Below, in pieces: positions 38,293 to 46,466 of a stretch of 64,000 nucleotides of DNA. Made by a program: the position numbers and the translations under genes. The DNA is from an uncultured Pseudomonadota bacterium (lineage in GTDB: Bacteria > Myxococcota_A > Polyangia > Fen-1088), in contig CAWKBC010000030.1 in the NCBI GenBank assembly GCA_963847705.1, forward strand, positions 96,001 through 160,000, in the 5' to 3' direction. The number at the start of each line of letters is the position of its first letter. The first letter of the stretch is position 1. The notes beneath the pieces are model-generated. The model saw only the letters and a program-made list of their open reading frames with translations, did no database searches and was not told the DNA's origin.

Positions 38293-38874
38293 TTGATCGA
38301 CGTGCCCGATCTGCTCCAGCGCTTTCGCCAGGACGTGGACCGTCACCGTGGCCGGCTGCGGGAGTGGGGCATCTGGGCGGTCGTCGTTTGCCGGCTGGGG
38401 GACTACGCGCGAAAGGTCGCTCCCGGGCCGCTTCATTGGACCGTGCGGGCGGCGCAGGGATATCTTTCGTTGGTCCTCCGCCTCGTCACCCGGACGTCGC
38501 TGGATCCCGACATCGTAGCGGGTGAGGGGCTGGTGTTCGTTCACGCCATGAACATCACGATCGGTCCGGGCGTCGTCCTCGGCGATCGGGTGGAGATCAT
38601 GCAGGACGTCACGATTGCTTCGAGCTACGAGGGCCCGCAGGCCCCCAAGATCGGAAACGACGTCTTCATCGGTGCGGGCGCGACCATCCTTGGCGCCGTC
38701 ACCATCGGTGATGGCGCGGCAATCGGCGCCAACTCCCTGGTCGTGTCCGACGTACCCCAGGGGGCGTTCGTCATCGGTGTTCCCGCCAAGACGATACGCT
38801 GGGGGGCCTGGGCCCGTGGAAAGGTCGGCCCGAACGGCGAGGCTCCCAAGCCAGCGGCGCCAGACGCGGCGTAG
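38293..38874 (+). CDS. LbH O-acetyltransferase-like protein
   Basis: LVFVH..IGND..GAGATILG..IGANSLV..GVPAK; divergent from its paralogue. Confidence 0.85.
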   Translation: MIDVPDLLQRFRQDVDRHRGRLREWGIWAVVVCRLGDYARKVAPGPLHWTVRAAQGYLSLVLRLVTRTSLDPDIVAGEGLVFVHAMNITIGPGVVLGDRVEIMQDVTIASSYEGPQAPKIGNDVFIGAGATILGAVTIGDGAAIGANSLVVSDVPQGAFVIGVPAKTIRWGAWARGKVGPNGEAPKPAAPDAA

Positions 38875-39086
38875 CCGGACGCCGCGGGACGAGTCCCATC
38901 GGGCACTCCGGCAGGCCACCGAATCTGTCCCGTCACTCAACGCGCGCTCCTCCTCCTCGCCCTGTTTTGCAGCCTGCGACCCATCGTTGTCACAATTTTC
39001 TCGCAATCGTCGCGCTACGTCCATCAAGTCCTTCGCGAACCTGACGGTCGGTTCGCAAAGCGCCGCTCCGGAGTTTCCAGGAGGTC

Positions 39087-39638
39087 TCAGGGGACGCTGC
39101 TCGAGCCTGGTCGAGCGGCTGACTGGAGCGCACCGCCCGACGCAGGCCGGCGCCGGGAGCTCCAATAATCCCAGCAGAGGATGGCGGCGCCGAGCGCCTC
39201 GCCGATGAAGGTGATGGGGTTGAAGATCGTCCCCAGATGCTGGCCGAGGCTCCGAAACGGGTAGATCGGGAAGCGCCACCCGAAGAGCGGCCACAGCAGG
39301 GTCCCCAGGTTCATCGACAGCCCGACGAAATCGAGAATGAGGTGGGTCGTCACCCCGATCGCCAGCGCCCGCAGCGGCCGGGACCGCGTGGCCAGCGCCG
39401 CGGCGGAGAGGACCACGAGGAACAGCCCCGTGTGGGCGAACAGGTGCGTACCCGAGAGAATCCCCGCCGCAGCGCCGTGCCTTCCCGTCACCCAGGCCGG
39501 GATGTAGTAGAGCGGCTTGTCGATCAGATCGGGGAGCAGAGCGCCGACGAAGAACACCCGCCTTTCGATCGGGGAGAAGCGGCGAAAGGGCCGCGCCGCC
39601 AGCTTCTTCCCGATGCCCAGATGGCCGAGCGCGAACAT
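39087..39638 (-). CDS. Membrane metal-dependent hydrolase (YdjM-like)
   Basis: GH..GALLPDLIDKP..AHT..THLILD..LLWP. Confidence 0.82.
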   Translation of the reverse strand: MFALGHLGIGKKLAARPFRRFSPIERRVFFVGALLPDLIDKPLYYIPAWVTGRHGAAAGILSGTHLFAHTGLFLVVLSAAALATRSRPLRALAIGVTTHLILDFVGLSMNLGTLLWPLFGWRFPIYPFRSLGQHLGTIFNPITFIGEALGAAILCWDYWSSRRRPASGGALQSAARPGSSSVP

Positions 39639-39650
39639 CGCAAGTCCTTG

Positions 39651-39693
39651 TGCCCAGGGACAGAGTCGAACTGTCTACACACGGATTTTCAGT
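39651..39693 (-). tRNA. 3' fragment of tRNA-Phe(GAA): att-site duplicate, not a functional tRNA
   Basis: Minus strand reads ACTGAAAATCCGTGTGTA-GACAG-TTCGACT-CTGTC-CCTGGGC-A: GAA anticodon loop, perfect T-arm and 3' acceptor strand. The 5' half is absent. Confidence 0.88.
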
Positions 39694-39742
39694 GCCGGAA
39701 ACATGCGCGAAATCATGGAGAAAATCGAATATTCTTGCCTTT

Positions 39743-39775
39743 CTGTACCATAACTGTACCATAAAACCCGGGTTT
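39743..39775. repeat. Tandem 11-bp direct repeat CTGTACCATAA x2 plus a 12-bp palindrome AAACCCGGGTTT; probable integrase arm-type sites
   Basis: Repeats at 39743-39753 and 39754-39764, palindrome at 39764-39775; all lie between the att core and the integrase start. Confidence 0.7.
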
Positions 39776-39782
39776 CAGAGCC

Positions 39783-40967
39783 ATGGGGCGGCCACCATCG
39801 AGAGCCCGGCGGGGCGACGGGAAGGTCTACAAGAGGGGACGTCTCTGGTCGATCCGCTGGACTGAGGACGGCGAGCGCTGCTACTCCGGCGGCTACCTGA
39901 CCGAGGAGGCCGCCAACCAAGTGCGGGCGGTCATCGCGCTGAACCACCAAGCTGGGCGACCGGGGCTCGAGAGGATTCGCCCGGAGAAGCCGGAGCCGCT
40001 CCCCACCTTCGGCGCGCTGGTCGGCGAATGGCTCGATGACAGAAAAGCCAAGGGGCGGAGATCGGTCGATGACGATCGCCGACGCTGGAATCGACACCTA
40101 GCGCCGCTCCTCGCTCATCGCAGGCCGGATGCTAGCATCGACACCGGTTTTCTCGATCGGATGATCACCGATCTGCGAAGTCCCCCCGTCGGCAGCCTCG
40201 ATCCGAGGGGGCGCCCCAAGAAGGGCCTCTCGCCCGGCACGACGCAGCGCATTGTCCACCTGCTGTCGGCCTTCTACGTGTGGCTTGGCAAGCACCACAG
40301 CGTGCCGAGCAATCCAGTCCGCACCCTGAAAGGGGACGGGGACATCCGGGATCTCCTGCGCTCGACCCACGATCCGAAGCGGGTCCCGTTTCTCAAGCGC
40401 AAGGAGGATGTGGCGGCCCTCTTCCAGGCGCTGCCCAGCTCCATCAACATCGTCTACGCACTCGGTGCCCTAGCCGGGCTGCGGCCCGGAGAGGCGGTCG
40501 CTCTCGAATGGGAGGCGGTCGATTTCGACGCCGGGATGATCCTGGTCCGCCGGCAGCTTCGGGAGGGGCGACTCGGCGTTCCCAAGAGCGGAAAAGAGCG
40601 GGAGGTCCCGATCGTGCCGAGTCTTTCGGTCGTCCTCAAAGCCTGGCGCAAGAAGAACCCGAAAGCGGAGCTCGTCGCGCCGAGTCTCCGCAAGAGCCAG
40701 ACCGGCAAGACGAAGTTTCTCAACTGGCGGACCATCAAGAACGCCATGAAGACGGCTCTCAAGAAGTGCGGCCTTAAGCCCATGACCTTCTACCAGGCGG
40801 GACGACACACGTTCGCCTCGCAGTGGGTTATCTCCGGAAACTCGATCTACCGCCTCAAGGAGATCATGGGGCACAGCTCGGTGCAGGTGACCGAGCGATA
40901 CGCGCATCTGACGAATCAACTCACCGATGCCGAACTCGCGCGGGCAGACGTCAGGCTCGCGAGCTAA
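39783..40967 (+). CDS. Tyrosine recombinase / phage-type integrase
   Basis: Arm-binding-like N-terminus, GLRPGEA, PKSGK, YQAGRHTFAS, MGHSSVQVTERYAH. Confidence 0.95.
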   Translation: MGRPPSRARRGDGKVYKRGRLWSIRWTEDGERCYSGGYLTEEAANQVRAVIALNHQAGRPGLERIRPEKPEPLPTFGALVGEWLDDRKAKGRRSVDDDRRRWNRHLAPLLAHRRPDASIDTGFLDRMITDLRSPPVGSLDPRGRPKKGLSPGTTQRIVHLLSAFYVWLGKHHSVPSNPVRTLKGDGDIRDLLRSTHDPKRVPFLKRKEDVAALFQALPSSINIVYALGALAGLRPGEAVALEWEAVDFDAGMILVRRQLREGRLGVPKSGKEREVPIVPSLSVVLKAWRKKNPKAELVAPSLRKSQTGKTKFLNWRTIKNAMKTALKKCGLKPMTFYQAGRHTFASQWVISGNSIYRLKEIMGHSSVQVTERYAHLTNQLTDAELARADVRLAS

Positions 40968-41191
40968 TGGTGCCGACGGAATCGGAGGCGGTTCGGGACA
41001 AACTTCTTCTGCCTGCGGCGGACCAGGCGAAGGTCGAACCAACCCGAATCGGCTTCGTGTACGCACTTTCGCTGGTCTGCCGCGAATGGCAGCGAGCGAA
41101 CGCGCCTCGCGCCGCTATCGGCAACATCCCCCGCGATCTGGCTACTCTGCGCCTCAACCTCAAGCGGCTCGTCCTCCTAGCAGGCTGCTGA
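40967..41191 (+). pseudogene. Short ORF resembling the C-terminus of IS4-family transposases
   Basis: AKVEPTRIGFVYALSLVCREW..GNIPRDLATLRLNLKRLVL; resemblance recalled from memory. It runs into an IS-end-like sequence at CTAG 41177. Confidence 0.35.
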
Positions 41192-41257
41192 AAAAGCAGC
41201 TTCGGGGGATCGACAGGGGATCCCGGTGTGATCTCCTCTCGGTATGCGAGGAGAACC
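41177..41257 (+). mobile_element. Possible orphan left end of an IS5-like element
   Basis: CTAG followed by CAGGCTGCTGAAAAAG, then an MRGE start typical of such transposases; no right end seen. Confidence 0.4.
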
Positions 41258-41762
41258 TAATCTTGGTCTCGTGAAGAAGCCTCATCCAACCACGAAGACC
41301 CCGCCGGCCCCTCCAACTCCGTGGAGGATCCACTTCTTCCGGCGCCACCCCAGCGACGACCCATCGCAGGCCGTTCCGGGCCGAGCGTTTCTGCTCGCGT
41401 GCCCGGACAAGGTCCGTATGACGATGCTCGCCGTTCTCAAGGCCGTCGCCGATGCACCGCCGCCTCAGTTCTCCGGGGGAGGGAAGTGGAAGGCCATGTA
41501 CGGCAGCATGGCCGGCTACCACGAAGTCACCGTCAACGGACCGAACCGACACCACTACCGTCTGTTCTGTCTGCTCGAGCGAGACGGCGCGGAGTTGGGT
41601 CTCGGCGGCCCGAGCCTGGTCGTGCTCACCGGCCTCGACAAGCAGTTCATGACCACCCTCTCCGAGAGCGCCTATGCGAAGGTGAGGGCGCTCGGCGACG
41701 AGTACCGGAGTCGGAACCCGAGAAGCATCGAGCCGCCGAAGGGGCCGGCCTCGAAGTCCTAG
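41244..41762 (+). CDS. RelE/HigB(Gp49)-like toxin homologue
   Basis: WRIHFF..PGRAFL..KWKAMYGSMAGYHEV..HHYRLFC..LVVLTGLDK; alternative start GTG 41271. Confidence 0.6.
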   Translation: MRGEPNLGLVKKPHPTTKTPPAPPTPWRIHFFRRHPSDDPSQAVPGRAFLLACPDKVRMTMLAVLKAVADAPPPQFSGGGKWKAMYGSMAGYHEVTVNGPNRHHYRLFCLLERDGAELGLGGPSLVVLTGLDKQFMTTLSESAYAKVRALGDEYRSRNPRSIEPPKGPASKS

Positions 41763-42145
41763 CCCGTCGCTGCGCGCGTGTGCCGTCGCGCCGAGGTCCG
41801 TTTCCGAGCCGGCGCGGCTTGTGGGGTCGGCCGGCGGCGTGCGGGGCGATCCTTGAGCGGCACGACCTGGAGCCCGAAACCCATCGTCGAGAGCATCTTG
41901 AAGACCGTCGCGATCGTTGGATTGGCTTTTCGGTCGGTCAGCACCTTGCGGACTGACTGCGCCGGTAGGCCGCTCATGCTCGCGAGCTTCGCCTTCGAAA
42001 CGCCGCGGCTCTGCCGTAACGCGTTCATCGCTCGCATGAAGTGGTCGTAGGTGTCGATCTCCGCGCGAGCCTCGCGGTAGGCCTCCGCGCGCGCCGGATC
42101 CGCCATCTGCTCATCGAAGAAGTCGTCGAACGCCGTCCGATCCAT
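41759..42145 (-). CDS. XRE/Cro HTH protein, HigA-like antitoxin
   Basis: FDDFFDEQMADP..AYREARAE N-terminus; LRQSRGVSKAKLASMSG..ANPTIATV HTH. Confidence 0.8.
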   Translation of the reverse strand: MDRTAFDDFFDEQMADPARAEAYREARAEIDTYDHFMRAMNALRQSRGVSKAKLASMSGLPAQSVRKVLTDRKANPTIATVFKMLSTMGFGLQVVPLKDRPARRRPTPQAAPARKRTSARRHTRAATG

Positions 42146-42154
42146 GTCCCCAGT

Positions 42155-42170
42155 GTAGCATAAAATCTAC
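42155..42170. promoter_or_regulatory. Candidate operator GTAG-N8-CTAC over a -10-like TATGCT of the HTH gene
   Basis: AT-rich inverted repeat 10-25 bp upstream of ATG 42145. Confidence 0.45.
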
Positions 42171-42979
42171 GCCCGGGAACAAGGTCCAAATCGAAGCCCA
42201 GCCGGCGACATCCGCCGGGGGCACGTCCTGGGTTCCCGGCGGACTTGACCCGATTCGTCAAGCACCGCTGGTTTCTGCTCCTACCGCCACGGTCGAGCCG
42301 GCATGACGACTAGCGGCGCCGGTCCGACAAGTCCGCCGCGGAGGTCAAAAATTTCGCGGTTGGCCGAGAACCCCGGTGAGGAGCGGAAAAAAGATCCGGT
42401 GCGCTGACGAAAGTAGGTCCCTTTTTCGGGCCTCGTCTCGACAACTCCGGCGTCCAGAGCAGAAACGGAGCGGCCAGAAGAAATCCAGTTCCAGTTCCAG
42501 GCGGATTGCCGAGAAGGGTGGCGCAAGGACCTGAAGCGTCACCGCGTCAGAAAAGAGTTGGTCGCATTTCCGAGGCGATTGCCGAGAACGCCGTCCGAAA
42601 GGAAACATCACCATGAAGACCAAGCAACGAACCGATGGTCGCGACCTCCCCGGCGGAGTCCGCGAGACTCCCCGGATCTAAGCAGTGAACACAACACGAA
42701 AGTCACCGCGTACTTTTGACGGTGCGCTCATCTATGGCCTCGAACCGATGTTGTGCAGGGATTCAACCCCGCCAAGCGCCTTCCGACCTCCCGTCGGGTC
42801 CGAACCGGCCCTACCTTCTCGTGGAGCCAGCTACGCTGGGTAAAGCGGCTGCGCAGCCCCGCCGCAGGCATGCGGCAGGCCGTCTTTTGCGGCAACTCCG
42901 TGGAAGAACGGTGCGCGGAGGGAAGGACCGACCGAAACGAACGCTGAAGCCACTAGGAGGCGCCGCCGGTTGCCGCAGT

Positions 42980-43840
42980 TCAGACGGATTTGGAGATGAC
43001 CGCTTCTTCCATGCGGGTGCGCAGGTCTGTGCCAAAGAATCGTCGCGGGCTGCAGCCGAGTGTCTCCTGGAAGGCACGGTGACACTGCGAATAGCTTCCG
43101 AAGCCGGCGTCGAACGCGGCCGACAGCAGGTTCATTCCTCGCGTGTCCGCGATGTGGATGAATCGAAGCAAGCGCAACCGGGTTCGGTACTCGGTGAGGG
43201 TGAGACCCACGTCCTTGTGAAAGTACCGGCTGACGTCGGTGGGGTGCCCTCGGGCGGCCAGAGCAACGTCGCCACGTCGGAGCTCGGGTCGTTCCATCAG
43301 CGACACGATGGCCCGGTTGGTGAACGCGTGCTTGTCGAGGGTCGTCAGACGAAGAGTGTGGGCCTCTCGCCAGAGGTCGCCGACGTGCTGTTCGACCGCG
43401 CCCGGGTCGGTGCCAGAGGGAGCGGCGCAGAGCGATCGAAGCCTGAACAGCGCCCCTTGCTCGAGTCGGATCCGGGTCGCACCCGCGTGCGCCGGCAGGT
43501 TGTTTCGTCCCAGCACACGAGCGGAGAGCTCCGGTGTCAGACCGATAACGTACAGATCAAAGTCTGGAGAGGCGTCGAGAAGGACGTGGTCCTGACCCGG
43601 TGACCACCAGAGGAGATCGCCCGTCGCCACGGCGACGGTGCTGTCGCCGACCCCGAACACGCCGCTCCCGGCTGTGATCAGGTTGAGCTCTGGCTCGGTG
43701 TGAAAGTGACGGGGCCGACGGGTTTCGGGGACATGGTGCCAGACGTGGGCGCGCGCCGCGCCTGGCAGAGGGAACGGCTGGTAGAGCGCCTCCGGCACGT
43801 CCTCCAAGGTAGCAAACCGGCCGACCGTCGACACTCCCAC
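42980..43840 (-). CDS. AraC-family transcriptional regulator
   Basis: Cupin HFHTEPELN; C-terminal SRYFHKDVG..YRTRLRL..AAFDAGFGSYSQCHRAF..GCSPR. Confidence 0.93.
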   Translation of the reverse strand: MGVSTVGRFATLEDVPEALYQPFPLPGAARAHVWHHVPETRRPRHFHTEPELNLITAGSGVFGVGDSTVAVATGDLLWWSPGQDHVLLDASPDFDLYVIGLTPELSARVLGRNNLPAHAGATRIRLEQGALFRLRSLCAAPSGTDPGAVEQHVGDLWREAHTLRLTTLDKHAFTNRAIVSLMERPELRRGDVALAARGHPTDVSRYFHKDVGLTLTEYRTRLRLLRFIHIADTRGMNLLSAAFDAGFGSYSQCHRAFQETLGCSPRRFFGTDLRTRMEEAVISKSV

Positions 43841-43853
43841 AAAATGCGAAGTC
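43837..43853 (-). promoter_or_regulatory. Conserved box B (CTTCGCATTTYGTGG), copy at the AraC start
   Basis: GACTTCGCATTTTGTGG; 16 bp identical to 60370-60385. Confidence 0.55.
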
Positions 43854-43858
43854 GTTGG

Positions 43859-44731
43859 CTAGCCGCCCCCGGCGCTATTTCCCCTCCAGTCATAGACCTT
43901 GATCCAGTCGACGTCCGCGCTCGTGGGCGCGGACGTCGACGTCAGAGGGCCGGCCCACGACGCGGCGTTCGAGGCCCAGATCGTGAGCAGAATGGTCTCC
44001 GGGAGGTTCAGAAGACCGGCGTGCGCGGTCCAGGTCCGCAAGAGCGTGCCGTCGATGTAGGTTTTCACGCCGGCCGGCGTCCATTCGATATCGTACTGGT
44101 GGAAATCGGTCTCGGCGTTGACGCCCAGGTTCACGATCTGGGGGTCCTGCGTCGGAGAGACCGACGTGGTGCAGCTCGGCATTGGTGTACCCAGATAGAC
44201 CTGGCTGTTCAGCTGCGACGTGTTGCTCGAGTCTCCGAGGTGCTCGATGTCGATCTCGTTCCAGTTGCAGTTGGGGTAAGGCGTGTAGAACAGGACGAGC
44301 CCCGATACCACGCCGGAGCCCGTCGCGAAGCGCATCCGGGCCGAGACCTTTCCGTAGGTGAGCGTTTTGGCCGACCGCATCTCGACGCCCCAGTATGGCT
44401 CCGCGGTGCTGTTCGGATTCGGCGTCAAGCTGATGGTCAGGATGCCGTTGTTCACCGCGGCGTTCTGAGGGGTGAACTGGGCTTCGTTTCCCCCGAAGGT
44501 GAACGTCTGGAGCTGCCACGCAGTGGCGTCGAGCGTGTCGAAGTCGTCTTGCCAGGAAAGAACGAAGAGATCGGCGGCACCGTCGGCGCCGGAGTCGAGG
44601 TTGCTGGAGGATCCGCCCGCCCCTGTCGTGCCACCGGTCCCGCTCGTCGGCTGGCCGGCTGACGAGCCGCAGCCAACAAGAAGCACCAGCGAGAGAAGGT
44701 TCAAGAGAGTTCGACGTCGCACGTATGGCAT
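43859..44731 (-). CDS. GH16 (licheninase-like) lipoprotein
   Basis: Lipobox LVGC, Gly linker, WQDDFD, YGKVSARM, WNEIDIE catalytic motif. Confidence 0.9.
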   Translation of the reverse strand: MPYVRRRTLLNLLSLVLLVGCGSSAGQPTSGTGGTTGAGGSSSNLDSGADGAADLFVLSWQDDFDTLDATAWQLQTFTFGGNEAQFTPQNAAVNNGILTISLTPNPNSTAEPYWGVEMRSAKTLTYGKVSARMRFATGSGVVSGLVLFYTPYPNCNWNEIDIEHLGDSSNTSQLNSQVYLGTPMPSCTTSVSPTQDPQIVNLGVNAETDFHQYDIEWTPAGVKTYIDGTLLRTWTAHAGLLNLPETILLTIWASNAASWAGPLTSTSAPTSADVDWIKVYDWRGNSAGGG

Positions 44732-44762
44732 GCGTACTCATTAGATCGAGGCACGTCAGCGC

Positions 44763-44814
44763 GTCTTCGCGTCTCGTGGGATATGAGAAAGCCTCTCCCC
44801 CAAAATGCGAAGAC
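44763..44814. promoter_or_regulatory. Inverted pair of box B upstream of GH16
   Basis: GTCTTCGCGTCTCGTGG (+, 44763-44779) and GTCTTCGCATTTTGGGG (-, 44798-44814). Confidence 0.55.
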
Positions 44815-44855
44815 GCTCGAGAAGGTTCCAACCGCTGCGCGCAAGCTCTCGCTAT

Positions 44856-46199
44856 TCACGGATTGAAGTAGGGGTCGTTCGCCATCGTTACGAAGGCGGC
44901 CTCCGACGCCGCCGACGAATCAATTCGCCAGTCGGTCTCCTTGTTCATCTGGAACCAGACCAGGGCCTTCACGCCCGGGAACATCGTCTTGAGCGATGGA
45001 AGGATGCCGCCGATCCAGGCGGCCTTGTCGCCGCCGAGCTCCGCGCTCGCCGTCTCCGGGATCATGATCGGTTTTCCCTTGGTGACGAGGCTTGGATAGA
45101 TGCGACCGGCGATGGTCGGGAACGACTGCCAGGTCGACGTCGTCTGGACCGTTCCCCAGTTGTATCCGTCGAACCCCATCCAGTCGACGTAGGAGTCGCC
45201 CGGGTAGTAGTTCTGCCACTGGTTCCAGCTCACGTTGGGGACGTTGTCCACGTTCGGACAGAAGACCCAGAGGGCGTTGGTCGCGCCCGCGGCCACGAAC
45301 AGGTCATGGATGTGCCGGTAGGCGGCGATGAATGTCATCGTCGCGGCGGCGTTGGCGCCGTTGTTGGCACCGTCCCAGGGGTACCAGTTGCCGTTCATCT
45401 CGTGACCCCAGCGCAGGAAGAACTTTTGACCGAAGCTCTTCACCGCTTGAGCGCGCGCCGTGATCATCGAATCGTAGGTGCCGCCGATGATGCCGCTGAG
45501 AGGGGCACCGACGCTGTTCTCCCAAGCTTCCCAGGTGATGAGAGGCATGCGGCCATCCGCGGCCAGCCCGGAGAGCATCGTCGTGTAGTCGTCCGTCCAT
45601 CCGACGAAGTTGTGGTTGATGGCGACCTTGCGGCCGAGCTCGGCCTCGAGGCCGGCGAGCGTTCCCGTTCCCACGAACGCGCCCAGCAGGGCGCCCTGAG
45701 CGGGCACCAGCAGCGGGGAGGAGCCTCGCGAGCCAGCGGCGCCGCCAGCGCCGCCATTTCCGCCCGCCGCCCCCCCCTTTCCCGAGCTGCCGGCTACGCC
45801 CGTCCCCGCAGCGCCGGACCCACCGCGCCCTCCGTTTCCGCCGCCTGAGCCTCCGCTTCCTGAGGTGCCGGCGCCACCGGCTGCACCGCCTGGCGCTCCC
45901 AGCGCGCCAGAGGCTCCTCCTTGGCGGCCAGCGTCCATTCCACCGGCGCCAGCGAACGAACCGCCGCCCGCCCCTCCGGCGCTGGTCGCACCGCCGGACC
46001 CCGACGCCGAGAGGCCGCCGGTTCCGCCGGTTGCCGTGGCGCCGCCCGTAGCCGACGATCCTCCTGTTGCCCGCGTCCCTCCGCCGCCATTGTCCGTTCC
46101 GTTGCCGCCGTCGACGACAGCAGAGGAGGACGTGCAGCCGCAGAGCGCTACGGCGCAGGCGATTGAAATAAAACCGGGCCCAAGCCAGGGAATCTCCAT
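44856..46199 (-). CDS. GH26 (mannanase-like) lipoprotein with a long Gly-rich linker
   Basis: LCGC; FLRWGHEMNGNWYPW, YYPGDSYVDWMGFDGYN, KPIMIPET. Confidence 0.9.
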   Translation of the reverse strand: MEIPWLGPGFISIACAVALCGCTSSSAVVDGGNGTDNGGGGTRATGGSSATGGATATGGTGGLSASGSGGATSAGGAGGGSFAGAGGMDAGRQGGASGALGAPGGAAGGAGTSGSGGSGGGNGGRGGSGAAGTGVAGSSGKGGAAGGNGGAGGAAGSRGSSPLLVPAQGALLGAFVGTGTLAGLEAELGRKVAINHNFVGWTDDYTTMLSGLAADGRMPLITWEAWENSVGAPLSGIIGGTYDSMITARAQAVKSFGQKFFLRWGHEMNGNWYPWDGANNGANAAATMTFIAAYRHIHDLFVAAGATNALWVFCPNVDNVPNVSWNQWQNYYPGDSYVDWMGFDGYNWGTVQTTSTWQSFPTIAGRIYPSLVTKGKPIMIPETASAELGGDKAAWIGGILPSLKTMFPGVKALVWFQMNKETDWRIDSSAASEAAFVTMANDPYFNP

Positions 46200-46230
46200 C
46201 CGCCGGGATCGTAAGGGTCACGACCTGGCG

Positions 46231-46247
46231 GTCTTCGCATTTCGTGG
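46231..46247 (+). promoter_or_regulatory. Box B copy in the divergent GH26/GH29 spacer
   Basis: GTCTTCGCATTTCGTGG. Confidence 0.55.
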
Positions 46248-46388
46248 CATTCGGGATCAGATGCCGACGAGCCGATTCAGCTCGCACAGCGTTGAACCGA
46301 GGCCGGCGCGATCGGGACGACTCGAATCGATGTTTCCACCGGCGACCGAGCGCGTCTGCGCCGCTCGCGAGGCGGCAACAGGGCCCCC

Positions 46389-46415
46389 GTATCACTTTTG
46401 TCGGCACGTTCCCTT
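46389..46415 (+). promoter_or_regulatory. ECF-type promoter motif A
   Basis: GTATCA-cttttgtcggcacgtt-CCCTT upstream of GH29. Confidence 0.75.
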
Positions 46416-46466
46416 GTGGTCCCGCGGCGGAATCGAACGTCACAAAACCGCCGCTGAGGGATCACC

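Larger units (their letters stand above)
39651..42145. mobile_element. Left end of an integrative element at tRNA-Phe (right boundary not visible)
   Basis: tRNA fragment, arm-like repeats, integrase, TA-like genes and IS debris. Confidence 0.7.

Noticed and set aside
15473-38874. CysE-like genes as cysteine biosynthesis enzymes
   Set aside because: They are short LbH-only proteins, three paralogues within an EPS locus; polysaccharide O-acylation is more parsimonious.
39651-39730. Intact tRNA-Phe gene
   Set aside because: The sequence 5' of the anticodon loop cannot form the anticodon stem, D-arm or acceptor stem; only the 3' part exists.
38218-39762. 514-aa minus-strand ORF spanning the tRNA fragment, YdjM-like gene and acetyltransferase
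   Set aside because: It overlaps better-supported features and has an Arg/Ala/Pro-rich off-frame composition.
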